Notes: a model not told the origin generated them from the letters alone. 64,000 nucleotides of DNA from Eledone cirrhosa (GCA_964016885.1 OZ024742.1:262694001-262758000), one strand, 5' to 3'. Positions 1-14,610 are shown, counted from the stretch's first letter. Numbers and translations are program-made.

Positions 1-492
1 CATGCAAATACGTACATACACAAGCATACGCGAAAACACTTGCCATAGGTATACAAAACCACGCACATATAAATATGTGTGTGTGTTTATGCGTGTATAC
101 AAATAAATAAATAATTAAATAAACGTATATAAATAAATAAATACGTATATAACAAGCACACACACATACCTACATGTAAATACACAAATGTTCGGAGACG
201 TAAGTCAACCAAAACATGAAGTACACATATATACACACCCTACATACGTACGAACCTGCATACTCACACAGACGCAAAACTCCCGTATACACATAACCAA
301 ACCATATGTACCAGAATATATAAAAAATTATACGCCATACCATATACAATCAAATATACGTACGAGAAAGTATACGTACCTTCACAAAACATACAGGTAA
401 TATATACTTACCTATGCAAATAAGTAATGGTATAAATAAAACATATACTTAGCTACCACATCAAGACGTAAAATATCCACGTATAGATCGTA

Positions 493-1688
493 CTATCCGT
501 TAGGGTATAACGTGGGGCTGTAATACAGGAAAGTTTTGTGCAATTTATGTTTACAAGCCGAAATTGCCTCAGATTTTTTGTTTAAGATGTGGTCTGTGGC
601 GTAGAGTATTTCCAGGGCCTCAGCGGCGCAGAGGTCACATGGTTTTTTATTTCCGTTATAGGATCTAGCCCTAGCTAGGATCTCCCAGTGTAACTTATAT
701 TGGGTGTGGTTGTCTTTTAGACTCCAGATATAAGCTGAAAGTGACGTCATATTCCTTCTTAGAGGGTAACGAAAAGAATGGGTATGCATGTAAAGACGCT
801 GCTTGAATCTATTGGCGGTTAACCCTATGTAGGCCCTACGGGACGTGGGTGTTTCAACCTTACATTTGTAGACTATGTTACTAGAGAGGCATTTCCCGGA
901 TAGGGGGCAATCAACCCGATTCCTACAATTACAGTTAGTACTAACTACGGGGTTGCACGTGTTCCTACGGCTAGGTAGTTTAGCTAAATTTGAAGCTGTG
1001 ATGTTATGTGCAAGGTTATGAGTCGTAGAGTAATAAATTTTAATAGTATTTCTATTAAAATTTTTATTATATTTATGTGTAGGGGGAAAATGCTTCATAA
1101 TAAGGGAAAGAAAGATCTTAGCTAATGGTGTGGCCACCTCCATATTATATGATGGGTTATACCAACAAATGCGACGGGATCTATTTCTTCTAGGTCTATT
1201 TTCGTACTCGGTATATGCTACCTTATCGACAAATCCACTCCGAGCAAGAGCTTCATTGTAATAAGTGGAATGGTCGTTGAAAATATGCTCGTTAGTAGAT
1301 AAACGGGAAAGCCTCAACGAAACGTTTCTTACCAGGTTCTTGGTTATGCTGGCAGGATGGTTGGATACTTACTTATGTAATTAAGCGTATCATTCGGCTT
1401 TCTATACGGGTAATACAACCCATTCGATAAATTGAGGGTAACGTCGAGGTAATTAACGACCGAGAGATTGACCTCAACCTGTATAGAGAGGTTGAAGCCT
1501 TTAAAGAAGGCTGTGAGTTCTTTTCTGAACCTGTCGCAAGCACGAGGTCCGCACTTAGTCATGGTCAAAAGACCATCATCACGGTACAAACCACCGCCCG
1601 CGTTGGGGAATTCGTCCTTGATAGAGAAAAGAAGAAAAAGGCCGATAAGATCAGTAACCTCCGCAAAATCGCTGGCGCCCATACTCAC
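493..1688 (-). mobile_element. Penelope-like element, 5'-truncated and frameshifted: RT C-terminal half plus GIY-YIG endonuclease
   Basis: ORF 1344..1688 has PLE RT motifs (SMGA, LYRDDG, VNYLDV, YRKP). ORF 493..1317 has CNC..CPL..C, IVYKC/AYIG, FKQRLYMH and CDLC..E..CKH. Confidence 0.92.
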
Positions 1689-1694
1689 GTTTTT

Positions 1695-2017
1695 TTTCGT
1701 TCATTGCCAGAGAACGTCTCTATGAACCACCTAAGAGAACATTAGTCTACGACTTCTTTTATACCATAAACGTGGTTCTGTCTTTGCGCGTAATTGTTTT
1801 TCACCGCTCCTATTAATGACGTATTATTCGTTCTTTCCCGTTCTTTGCCAGCGAACGTTTCCACAAACCAAAGTATCGTCTTCCTGTCTTCCTCCGGTTG
1901 CAACGTTTTTTGAAATATCCACTTCTGCGTTTACAGATTGACTTTTTTAGTTTCAGAAGATCCCGTTAAGGGTGAAAGCAGCGATTCTTTGCTTAAACTT
2001 TAATCTGTTATTTTAAT
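1695..2017 (+). repeat. Internal fragment of the Helitron-like repeat found at 34223-35391
   Basis: GTTCATTGCCAG.GAACGTCT and AACCAAAGTATCGTCTTCC...GTGAAAGCAGCGATTCTTTGCTTAAACTTTAA match about 34510-34688. Confidence 0.75.
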
Positions 2018-2029
2018 AAATATATATAT

Positions 2030-3355
2030 ATGCCAAAGAAGGGAGATCTCTCTAACACCAACAACTACCGGGAGATCTCACTGACGTCACTTGTGGCAAA
2101 GACCCTCAACAGGATGATTCTTAACAGTATCCAGCCTGAGATGGAGAGGAAGCTCAGGGACAACCAGAACGGCTTCAGAGAGGGTAGATCAACCACCAGT
2201 CACATCCTGATGCTGAGGAGGATATTAGAGGGAGCTAGAGCAAAGTGCCTTCCTGCGGTCATGGTTTTCATTGACTTTAGGAAGGCCTTTGATTCTGTGG
2301 ACCGTTACTGCCTGATGAAGATCTTACAGGCTTATGGAATCCCCAAGAGGATAGTGGACCTGATATCACTGCTCTACACCAACACCAAAGCCCAAGTCAT
2401 TACACCTGATGGGATGACAGAGTTCTTTAAGATACTGGCTGGAGTGCTCCAGGGAGATACATTGGCTCCCTACCTTTTTGTCATCGTAGTGGACTATTGT
2501 ATGCGCCTTGCACTGGAGAAACACCAGGACTCTGGCTTTACTGTAGCACCGGCTCAGAGCAGGAGAGTTGGGGCGAAAAAGGTATCGGATGCTGAATTTG
2601 CCGACGACATAGTTTTGGTGACAGATACAGTGAAGGAGGCAGAGGATTTGATGCGGGAGGTTGAGACTGTGTCGATGAGTGTGGGGCTGAGAATGAATGA
2701 GACTAAAACAAAATATCTGGTGGAGAATGTTGAGAAGCCAGAGGGGATCACTAATGTAGGCGGGAAGCCGCTGGAATTGGTTGAGGACTTCCTGTATTTG
2801 GGAGCAAAGATTGGGAATACGGAGGATGATGTGGTTGAGAGGAAGAGCAAGGCCTGGGCGGCGTGCCACAGCTTGAGATCGGTGTGGAAGTCGGACCTTC
2901 GTAGAGACCTGAAAATCCGCCTCTTCATTGCTGTAGTGGAGTCTGTGCTGCTGTGTGGGTCTGAGACTTGGACACTGACCAAGAAACTCACTCAGATGGT
3001 GGATGGGTGCTACACGAGAATGCTGAGGATGGCTCTGAACATTAATCAGTATACACTGAGGATGAAAAACTCAGAGCTGTATGGGAGCATCCCAAAAGTC
3101 AGCTCAAAAGTGACACAGAGGAGACTGAGGTTGGCTGGACATGCTCACCGACATCCAGAGTTGACATTGCACTCAGTGCTCCTTTGGGAGCCCCTACATG
3201 GACACACTGGAAGAGGAAGACCAAGGTTAACATATGTTGATGCCCTAAGGACAGACACTGGTCTGTTGGAGATGCAGGATATGGCAGCGATAATGAGGGA
3301 CAGAGACCGCTGGAGAGAACTCGTCCATGGATCTCGGGAATTTTACCCGCCTTAG
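2030..3355 (+). mobile_element. RTE-clade LINE, 5'-truncated, uninterrupted RT and C-terminus, flanked by (TA)n
   Basis: PKKGDLS..NYREISL, QNGFR, FIDFRKAFD, GVLQGDTLAP, FADD, RRLRLAGH, GRGRP. The stop codon runs straight into (TA)n(GA)n. Confidence 0.92.
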
Positions 3356-3357
3356 AT

Positions 3358-3443
<86 letters not shown>

Positions 3444-3447
<4 letters not shown>

Positions 3448-3978
3448 TAACAAGTATATTAATGTCCACAGACACGCAGATATATTGCCCTTGGTATGAC
3501 AGTGTGGTTTTAGCACAATGTAGGATAACTAGTATACTACAGAGCCGTTATAAGTTTAGGAATAACCAAGGAGTGCTTAGAAATACATTGTTTTATTTGC
3601 TAACAGTGTTTCATCCATACCCTATGGCAGAAATCATCAGAGCTTATAAACAAAAATATATCAGAGGTTGCAGGCTCCATCAAGCTCAACCTCCTTATCA
3701 TCTATTGCACCATTTATGTGATAAACTTTTTATGTAAATTTTTTATGACATTTTATGACACTATGTGCGTCATGTATTGTGTGTTTTTCTATATTGCGCT
3801 GGCCTTGGGACCCCCCTCCTTGTCCTTTATCCTTGTTCTGGTGACTGAGCTTGATGGAACCTGCACCTCTGATATATTTTTGTTTATAAGCTCTGATGAT
3901 TCCTGCCATAGGGTATGGATGAAACACTGTTAGCAAATAAAACAATGTATTTCTAAGCACTCTTTGGTTATTCCTAAA

Positions 3979-3984
<6 letters not shown>
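3444..3984. repeat. Fold-back unit (arms 3549-3688 / 3846-3984) with a one-sided extension; probable Penelope pLTR remnant
   Basis: About 140-bp arms are near-perfect reverse complements; microsatellite on both sides; a hammerhead core in each arm. Confidence 0.85.
3890..3934 (+). ncRNA. Minimal type I hammerhead ribozyme (inverted copy 3599-3643)
   Basis: GCT-CTGATGA-TTCCTGCCATAGGGTATGGAT-GAAA-CACTG-TT^AGC; stem I is only GCT/AGC. Confidence 0.7.
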
Positions 3985-4042
<58 letters not shown>

Positions 4043-4309
4043 TTATAAACATTTATATTTGTCAGACTTCCAACAATTTAAATACCCATTCTACTTATAG
4101 ATATATATCTATATATATATATATATATATATAGATATAGATATATTAGAGAGAGAAAATCAGAGACACGGGCATAGAGTGTGTGTATGAGTGATCAACG
4201 GTCAGTCTAATTACCCTCCACGGTTCCCACGACCGAGAAAGTAGTTTTATGTGGAGTCACATAATTTCTTAAAGTTCTTATTTCCTGTTTTTAAGAACTT
4301 CAACTGAGG

Positions 4310-4489
4310 TTTACTGGCAACGACAGAAACAACTACAACAACACCAACTACTGCAGTTGTAACAACAACAACGACAACAACAACTACAACAACGACAGAA
4401 ACAACTACAACAACACCACCAACTACTGCAGTTGTAACAACAACAACGACAACAACAACTACAACAACACCACCAACTACTGCAGTTGT

Positions 4490-4527
<38 letters not shown>

Positions 4528-4691
4528 CTACAACAACACCAACTACTGCAGTTGTAACAACAACAACGACAGAAACAACTACAACAACACCACCAACTAC
4601 TGCAGTTGTAACAACAACAACAACGACAGAAACAACTACAACAACACCACCAACTACTGCAGTTGTAACAACAACAACGACAGAAACAACT

Positions 4692-4724
<33 letters not shown>

Positions 4725-5758
4725 ACACCACCAACTACTGCAGTTGTAACAACAACAACAACAACGACAACTACAACAACACCACCAACTACTGCAGTTG
4801 TAACAACAACAACAACGACAGAAACAACTACAACAACACCACCAACTACTGCAGTTGTAACAACAACAACAACAACTACAACAACAACAACACCACCAAC
4901 TACTGCAGTTGTAACAACAACAACAACAACAACAACGACAACTACAACAACACCACCAACTACTGCAGTTGTAACAACAACAACAACAACAACAACGACA
5001 ACTACAACAACACCAGCAACTACTGCAGTTGTAACAACAACAACAACAACAACAACAACAACTACAACAACACCAGCAACTACTGCAGTTGTAACAACAA
5101 CAACAACAACAACAACAACAACGACAACTACAACAACACCAGCAACTACTGCAGTTGTAACAACAACAACAACAACAACAACAACAACTACAACAACACC
5201 AGCAACTACTGCAGTTGTAACAACAACAACAACAACAACAACAACAACGACAACTACAACAACACCAGCAACTACTGCAGTTGTAACAACAACAACAACA
5301 ACAACAACGACAACTACAACAACACCAGCAACTACTGCAGTTGTAACAACAACAACAACAACAACAACGACAACTACAACAACACCAGCAACTACTGCAG
5401 TTGTAACAACAACAACAACAACAACAACAACAACTACAACAACACCAGCAACTACTGCAGTTGTAACAACAACAACAACAACAACAACAACAACTACAAC
5501 AACACCAGCAACTACTGCAGTTGTAACAACAACAACAACAACAACAACGACAACTACAACAACACCAGCAACTACTGCAGTTGTAACAACAACAACGACA
5601 ACTACAACAACACCAGCAACTACTGCAGTTGTAACAACAACAACAACAACAACAACGACAACTACAACAACACCAGCAACTACTGCAGTTGTAACAACAA
5701 CAACGACAACTACAACAACAACAACAACTACAACAACACCAGCAACTACTGCAGTTGT

Positions 5759-5793
<35 letters not shown>

Positions 5794-6028
5794 CGACAAC
5801 TACAACAACACCAGCAACTACTGCAGTTGTAACAACAACAACAACAACAACAACAACAACGACAACTACAACAACACCAGCAACTACTGCAGTTGTAACA
5901 ACAACAACGACAACTACAACAACAACAACAACTACAACAACACCAGCAACTACTGCAGTTGTAACAACAACAACAACAACAACAACAACAACGACAACTA
6001 CAACAACACCACCAACTACTGCAGTTGT

Positions 6029-6063
<35 letters not shown>

Positions 6064-6094
6064 CTACAACAACACCACCAACTACTGCAGTTGT

Positions 6095-6129
<35 letters not shown>

Positions 6130-6160
6130 CTACAACAACACCAGCAACTACTGCAGTTGT

Positions 6161-6195
<35 letters not shown>

Positions 6196-6226
6196 CTACA
6201 ACAACACCACCAACTACTGCAGTTGT

Positions 6227-6258
<32 letters not shown>

Positions 6259-6721
6259 CTACAACAACACCACCAACTACTGCAGTTGTAACAACAACAA
6301 CAACAACGACAGAAACAACTACAACAACACCAGCAACTACTGCAGTTGTAACAACAACAACGACAGAAACAACTACAACAACACCAGCAACTACTGCAGT
6401 TGTAACAACAACAACAACAACAACGACAGAAACAACAACAACAACACCAGCAACTACTGCAGTTGTAACAACAACAACAACAACAACGACAGAAACAACA
6501 ACAACAACACCACCAACTACTGCAGTTGTAACAACAACAATAATAACTTCAACAATAACAATAAAAATAACAATTAAAAAAACAACAATCACAGCTCTGT
6601 AACAACAACTGCACTAACCTCAACTGTAACTACAAGAACAACCACAACAAAAGCAACAACAACAATAACAACTGCAACAACAATGACTGCTACAATGCTT
6701 ACAACTGCAACTTCAACAACA

Positions 6722-6752
<31 letters not shown>

Positions 6753-6930
6753 TTGCTACTACTACTACCGCAACTACTACTACTTCTACTACTGCTACTA
6801 CTACTACTACTACTACTACAATAACAACAACAATACTTCTACTACCACTACTACAATAACAACAACAATAACAACTACTACTACTTCTACTACTGCTACT
6901 ACTACTACCACTACTACAATAACAACAACA

Positions 6931-6965
<35 letters not shown>

Positions 6966-7014
6966 TACTGCTACTACTCCTACCACTACTACAATAACAA
7001 CAACAACAACGACA

Positions 7015-7052
<38 letters not shown>

Positions 7053-7510
7053 TACTGCTACTACTACTACCACTACTACAATAACAACAACAACGACAAC
7101 TACTACTACTATTACCTACTACTTCTACTACTACTACCACTACTACAATAACAACAACAACGACAATTACTACTACTATTACTACTACTTCTACTACTAC
7201 TACCACTACTACAATAACAACAACGACAATTACTACTACTATTACTACTACTTCTACTACTACTACTACTACCACTACTAAAATAACAACAACAACAACG
7301 ACAACTACTACTACTACTACTACTACTTCTACTGCTGCTGCTGTGACAACAACTATAACAACAACAAAATTAATGTCAACATGGACCAAAATACTTACAT
7401 CAACAGTAACAAAATATTTGATATTATATCTGATAAGATAAGCTACAACAGTAACAACACTGTCAACATCCACCGAGAAATACAGTAGCAATAAGATAAA
7501 CAACATTTAA
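4310..7510 (+). repeat. Thr-codon minisatellite; possible mucin-like exon (P[AP]TTAVV-Tn)
   Basis: About 38 copies of CCA[CG]CAACTACTGCAGTTGTA separated by variable (ACA)n; + frame open from about 4308 to 6600; further Thr/Ala-rich sequence continues in shifted frames. Confidence 0.6.
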
Positions 7511-7534
7511 TAATATATCATCGCCATCATCATC

Positions 7535-7565
<31 letters not shown>

Positions 7566-7859
7566 AGAAGAAATAATACTTATAACTGCTACTGTTGCTG
7601 TTACTCCTCTTACTACTACTACTACCACCACTACCACTACTACTACTACTACTACATGAGGTAGTGAGTACCATAGTTAGTCAGACATGTCAATACCAAG
7701 CACCTGTTGGTTGTGATCTGTGTGTTTTGATTTTCACAGAGTGTTTAAATGACAAATACATGACCAATTAACCCCTAACTGATAAGTGTACTCCTCTAAT
7801 TAACTACTAATTGACTAATAAAATACTTTGTCAATGTTCTTCTTGTTTCTCAGGCGATA

Positions 7860-8100
7860 TTAGTGCCACGTTATAATACACCCAGTACACTCTGTAAAGT
7901 GGTAGTGCTAGCGCCAGGATAAATTCATCCAATACATTTTGTTGGTGACGTGATATAGTATGCCTAGTACATTCTGTAAAGTGGTAATGTTAGTGCCACT
8001 ATATAATACACCAAGTATATTCTGTAAAGTCACAGTGCAGGTGCCACTATATAATATACCCAGTACACTCCGTAAAATGGTAGCACTGGTGCCACGATAT
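7860..8100 (+). repeat. Degenerate tandem repeat, about 50-60 bp unit
   Basis: GTGCCAC.ATATAATA.ACCCAGTACACTCTGTAAAGTGGTAG recurs 4-5 times. Confidence 0.7.
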
Positions 8101-8465
8101 AAAATTATGATGGAGAGTTTCTAGATAAATATAAATAGTTTAAAACAAGTAATTTTGTATCGTAGAACCAGAATTGGTTTCATGTGAGTAGGTACGAAAA
8201 GTTATCGTAATCGATTTTATCAGATAGAATATGCTGTAATGTTTGTTTTGGGCTCTCTCTGTTTTGTGTTTAAATCTTGCTGAGGTCTATGGTGCTTTTA
8301 TAGCGTTGTAGAGTGTGAAGGTGCGTGGCTTAATAGTTAGGATGTCGGAATCGATGGTATGGTCAGCGTCTTGCTGCCCTGGTGTCTCTATACGAATGCC
8401 CAAATATTTGTGTTCGGGTAAATGGTGCTAAATCGAAACCATTCAATGTGGCAGTCGGATTCCGC

Positions 8466-8708
8466 CAAGGACCAGCTGATCATTATAGATAATTACTTGT
8501 AAAATCCGATAAATTATTCCAAGAGACGGAAAAAATGCCAACGGTACCTCCGAGGAATCGTATCCTTATTTCTCGAATACCGCACTCGCAGGGTATTCGT
8601 GAGATACAAGATAGATTCCTCTTAGGCGCCGCTGGCCACTTTTTCCGTCTCTAGGAGTAATTTATTCGATTATCTCAGTTATTATCTATAGTGATCAGCT
8701 GGTCCTTG
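8466..8708. mobile_element. MITE-like imperfect palindrome
   Basis: CAAGGACCAGCTGATCA.TATAGATAAT ... ATTATCTATAGTGATCAGCTGGTCCTTG; complementarity continues inward (AGAGACGGAAAAA/TTTTTCCGTCTCT, GAATACC/GGTATTC). Confidence 0.7.
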
Positions 8709-8914
8709 AATGTATATATAGTGTATTTTGCAATACACTGTATGTTTAATTAAAAGCATTTTGAAGACCTTACGCTATTGTTTTAAAGTAGCGACATTGT
8801 CGCTTACTTAAATTTTCGGCAGGCAGGGGGAGATAAATTGACAGCGCTGTTTCGTACTGATTGGTACTTGTCAAAACTCAGTACTCTCCCTGTCTGCCAA
8901 AAATTATGTATGTT

Positions 8915-9550
8915 GGATTCAAAGAGTGTGGGCGCAAGGACACAGCCTTGTTTTACACCATTGCAAATGCTAAATGGCTCTGAGATGCCACCGTTAAACT
9001 ACGCTGTCCCCGGCATGTTAGTGTGGAAAGATTCAACCATGCTCTGCAGTCCTGGTGGGCATCGTCTGCATATTCAAGCCGACTGATTTTACCCCTACCA
9101 GTCATGATACCACTTCCAACCCTGCTGTGCATGTTAATCCTGTTCATGTAAATAATGAATAGGAGAGGTGATAGTACGCAGCCTTGGCGGAGTCCGAGTT
9201 CCACATTGAATGGTTTCGATTTGGCAACATGTATCCGAACACTCGAGCATTCGTATAGAGACATCAGGGCAGCAAAAAGTTGACCATCGATCCCATATTC
9301 CTGCATAACCTTCCATAGGTCCCGAGGAATGCGGTCATCTGCCTTTTCAAGGTTGACAAAACAAGAATATATCTCTTGGCAATACTCCCACGATTTCTCG
9401 ACGACCTACCGCAGTGCGAAAATTTGGTCGGTTATGCTCCGTCCGGGCCGAAACCTGCACTGTTCATCAGCTAGCTTGGACTCGATAATCTCCCTGCATC
9501 TCTTTGCCAGTCACTTAGCATAGACTTTACCGGGGAGGCTTAACAAGGGG
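8915..9550 (-). pseudogene. Two abutting decayed RTE-clade RT fragments
   Basis: 9060-9550 encodes LLSLPGKVYAK, EQCRFRPGRS..DQIFALR, GLRQGCVLSPLLF, YADD. 8915-9055 encodes SEPFSICNGVKQGCVLAPTLF. Confidence 0.8.
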
Positions 9551-9914
9551 TTCCTTCTTTAATTGGAACAATTTGAAAAGTAAAACATCCAAGGTATAAT
9601 CCATAGGGTAAGTTCCAATAAGTGCGCATATGTAACATGACACAGCATGAATAATCATGAATAGATCAGGGATATGGATGGAATTAACATATTTTTTCAT
9701 TTCAAAAATGTCATTGTAAAATTATATTTCCTCCATAGAGATGCTCTTCTTTCTGATTCAACAAATCTGTGGGCTTCTACATGATGATCCTATGGCTAGT
9801 GTATATATGAATACTATCGTTTTGAAAATAAATTTATATATTTCCGTTGTGATTGATATTCTCTGCGCGATCAATGAAACGTACGTAAACTTAAACCCCG
9901 CCCTCAACGCATAC

Positions 9915-10331
<417 letters not shown>

Positions 10332-10413
10332 CCCCCCCCCCACTGTCAAGAGCGTGAAACTAATAAACTTTTGTTTGTACTGCCTCTGTTTTTGTTCCCG
10401 TTCCAGTTTTCAC

Positions 10414-10449
<36 letters not shown>

Positions 10450-10480
10450 TGTATCTCTCTCTCTATATATATATACTTAT

Positions 10481-10866
10481 CATTTCGGAAGAAGGATCAG
10501 GATGGAGAGAGAGGTGCTGCACCCCAGCCGTTTTTATGAAAGATGGGTGAAGGTGGCGAGAATGGCCCGTGTGAATCAGACTATGGGTGAGGAAGATGAA
10601 AGACCAAGGGAGCACCCCCTCTCTGTGCTCCCGAGGAAAAGGGTTGCACACTTTTTTTCGGGGGTGTGTGCGACCCCCCCCCCCCCCCCCCCACCAAGGC
10701 GCCTCCTCTCTATTGAGGACTTTGTTATAAATTTTATTTTTTGTTATATTTTATTTTATTTTTATATATTGTTATTACCTCCTCCCTATTGAGGACGCCT
10801 TGTTTTGTGAACTCCCCCCATTGTACTTGTCCCACTTTTGATGCCCTGGTGGCAAATAAAAGAAAC
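10481..10866 (+). mobile_element. Tx1-type element 3' end (same subfamily as 37113-42122) with about 16-bp TSD
   Basis: Encodes HFGRRIRMEREVLHPSRFYERWVKVARMARVN; 3' UTR matches 37113-37380; ends AATAAAAGAAAC; flanked by ATATATATATACTTAT (10465-10480, 10869-10884). Confidence 0.9.
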
Positions 10867-10889
10867 ATATATATATATACTTATATATA

Positions 10890-10954
<65 letters not shown>

Positions 10955-11222
10955 ATGTGTGTGCGTGTGTGAATATATATATATATATGTGTGTATATAT
11001 ATATATATGTATGTATATATATATATGTGTGTGTGTATGCGTGTGTGAATATATATATATATATGTGTGTGTATATATATATATATATGTATATATGAAT
11101 GGACCTGTTATTTTTATCTAAAGACATATATATATTTAAAGGGTAAACAGAAATAACAACACAATCGGTACAGTATATGGAAGGGATATATTAGGTTAAC
11201 GCTTGAAATAGCAGGAAGAGAG

Positions 11223-11258
11223 TCTCAACGTTTCGGACGCTGGTCCTTCATCAGAAGA
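11223..11258 (-). ncRNA. Minimal hammerhead ribozyme (paralog of 32288-32323)
   Basis: Reverse complement reads TCTT-CTGATGA-A-GGAC-CAGC-GTCC-GAAACGTT^GAGA. Confidence 0.75.
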
Positions 11259-11300
11259 AAGAATGAGAAATAAGATAGTGCTATTTCGAACTTCACCTTA

Positions 11301-12202
<902 letters not shown>

Positions 12203-12325
12203 GGAGGTGAGTTTTATTGTAGTACAATAAAGCAATGCAGATATCGGATAAGAAGCACTCTACAGTTTGTAGGACTGGGGTATATATAATATATAAGAAC
12301 AAAAGATGGTTAAAAGAGTTCCATG

Positions 12326-12396
12326 TATTTTATTATGCGCATTTCAAAAACAAATATCATCATGCAATAATATTTGTGTTTTCATCAGATAAAACA
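12326..12396 (-). ncRNA. Hammerhead ribozyme in the Penelope 3' pLTR
   Basis: Reverse complement reads TGTTTTAT-CTGATGA-[long stem II]-GAAA-TGCGCA-TA^ATAAAATA; 8-bp stem I and palindromic stem III ATGCGCAT. Confidence 0.85.
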
Positions 12397-12757
12397 GGAA
12401 GACATGATATGAAGATTAAAAAACACTTGTGGATAGTGCAGTTTTAAATCAACATATGAAAAGTAGTTTTAGATTGATGTGTGATATTGGGAAAAAATAT
12501 TTTATTTTGAGGGGGGGGGCGTTGGAAAGGATGAAAAAGAGGAGGAGATGAGAGTAAAAAGTGGAGAGGGAGGAGTATAATGAGGAAGGATGAGATAGGA
12601 GGAGAGATGGGTGATAGAGAGAGATAGCTTTTATAACTGAGAAAGATATATTGTTTTACATAGAGAGGTTGAAAACCGTTGGAAGATAATGTATGAATTA
12701 AAAGAATTTGAAAATTAACGAAGAGAAAAATAATGTAAAGTTAAGGTTTGTATATTG

Positions 12758-12925
12758 AAGGGTTTAATAATATGTGCGATGAAAAGAAAATGTTAATATG
12801 TATTAAGAATAATATTTAAGGGTTTAATAATATGTGCGATGGAAAGAAAAAGTTAATATGTATTAAGAATAAAATTTAAGGGTTTAATAATATGTGCGAT
12901 GGAAAGAAAATGTTGATATGTATTA
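12758..12925. repeat. 60-bp tandem repeat, about 2.8 copies
   Basis: AAGGGTTTAATAATATGTGCGATG.AAAGAAAA recurs with period 60. Confidence 0.9.
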
Positions 12926-14477
12926 TTAAAAAGAACAACAGGTAATTTAAGTAAGGATATATTGTGGGATGAGCATGAATGAGTTAGATGAAAGGGAGAA
13001 AAGAATAATGAATTGAGGATGAATAATCTAACGTCAAAAAAATGTTTATGTTTACGAAGGATTTTTACAAGGTGATATAGAGTAAGAATGTATTGTATTA
13101 TGTAATAATTGATTCTATGTTAGGCAAGAGTGAGAAAAGGTACAGATTAGGGGTTAGACATTAAAAGAAAAAGAGAAGAAAGGGAAGTGATAAATAGGAG
13201 CGATATAGAATGAGTAACAAGTATTATAGAATGAGTAACAAGTATTATATAATGTATAATAAAAACTTTGAAATAAGGTAGAAAGATGGGTATATTTTTA
13301 AAGAAGTATATATATATATGTGCCTTTGAGAAAAAGATTCTAAATTGATAAAGTTTTGGATATTAGCTGTATACTTTGTGGAATGTTTTGTGGAATTTAT
13401 GCAAGCAGATAGAAAACAAGTCAGTGCGTCTATTTATTATAGAATCTAAATTAGATATAATGGTAAATTTTTCATTTAGACAGAGATTTCAAATCTTGGA
13501 TAGAGAACTGTTCAAGTATTGAGACGCAGAAGAAACCTTCTTCCAAAAGATGCTATATTTAATATTTTTGTCTTTCAAGGACCATATGAGTTCTGAGAGA
13601 GCCGTGTTGGTTCTTTTAAGTTTGTATTTAAAAGACGAATGATGGTTATAAAGACGAGCTTTAAAGGAGGTGGAAGTAGAGCCAAAATAGGTGAAGGAAT
13701 TGGTGTCAGTTATAACTTTACATTCGTAAATTAAGTTTTTATCAAGACAATGGTTGTTGAGAGGACATTTATTTTTGACAGGGCAATTGCAATTGCGATT
13801 AGAGAGATTATTAACGAGTGACCTAGTGTTATCTATAGAAGGAATTGGATTGGAGAAGTTATTTGCGATAGGAATAATAGTTTCTTGATTTAGAATGGGA
13901 TTAAGAACATTTAGCGAAGTTGTGTTTGACGTTGTATTTGGGTTTGCAGAAATTAGCCTAGGGTTTACAATGACGTCGGGAGTACTATTACTATTATTAT
14001 GATATGTTGGAAGGAAGAGATTTAGTATTTAGTATTTTATTGTTGTGTTTAGAGATAATGTTGGAAATGTTGGAGGGTGTAGAATAAGAAAATTTTATAG
14101 TGTGTTTGTTAAATATTTTTGCTATAGTTAGTAATATTGGAAAAAGAATATCTAACCTATCTTCTAATAAAAACATCTTTGATGCTAACGCCAATTACTA
14201 TAATAACGCGCTTTCTAAAGCCGGCTATCCTGATAAAATCAAATATAGTAAAGAAACAAATTCTAGAAGATCTTACAGTAGAATAATTAATCATGATCAT
14301 TCCAATAACTTTAATAAAAGACCTAGATACAAAAACATAATCTGGTATAATGCTCCTTTCTCCATCTCTATTAATAATAATATTCCTAAATTATTCTTTA
14401 GTGCCTGCCTTAAATAAATGCTTCCCTCCCTCACATATCTATAGTAAAATATTTAACAAACACACTATAACATTTTA

Positions 14478-14547
<70 letters not shown>

Positions 14548-14579
14548 TATACATATATAAATATATATAAATATATATT

Positions 14580-14610
<31 letters not shown>

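Noticed and set aside
1-490. Expected hammerhead pLTR downstream of the first Penelope ORF
   Set aside because: No CUGANGA/GAAA core was found on the minus strand here; it may lie beyond the window edge.
2030-2032. ATG start of the RTE ORF
   Set aside because: Created at the (TA)n junction; the element is truncated mid-protein and lacks its endonuclease.
4330-6530. CRISPR-like pattern of a constant, near-palindromic 21-mer with variable spacers
   Set aside because: The spacers are only (ACA)n length variants, there are no cas genes, and the context is eukaryotic.
4247-7506. 781-aa and 305-aa poly-Val ORFs on the minus strand
   Set aside because: They are the antisense reading of (ACA)/(ACT) repeats; a continuous poly-Val protein is implausible.
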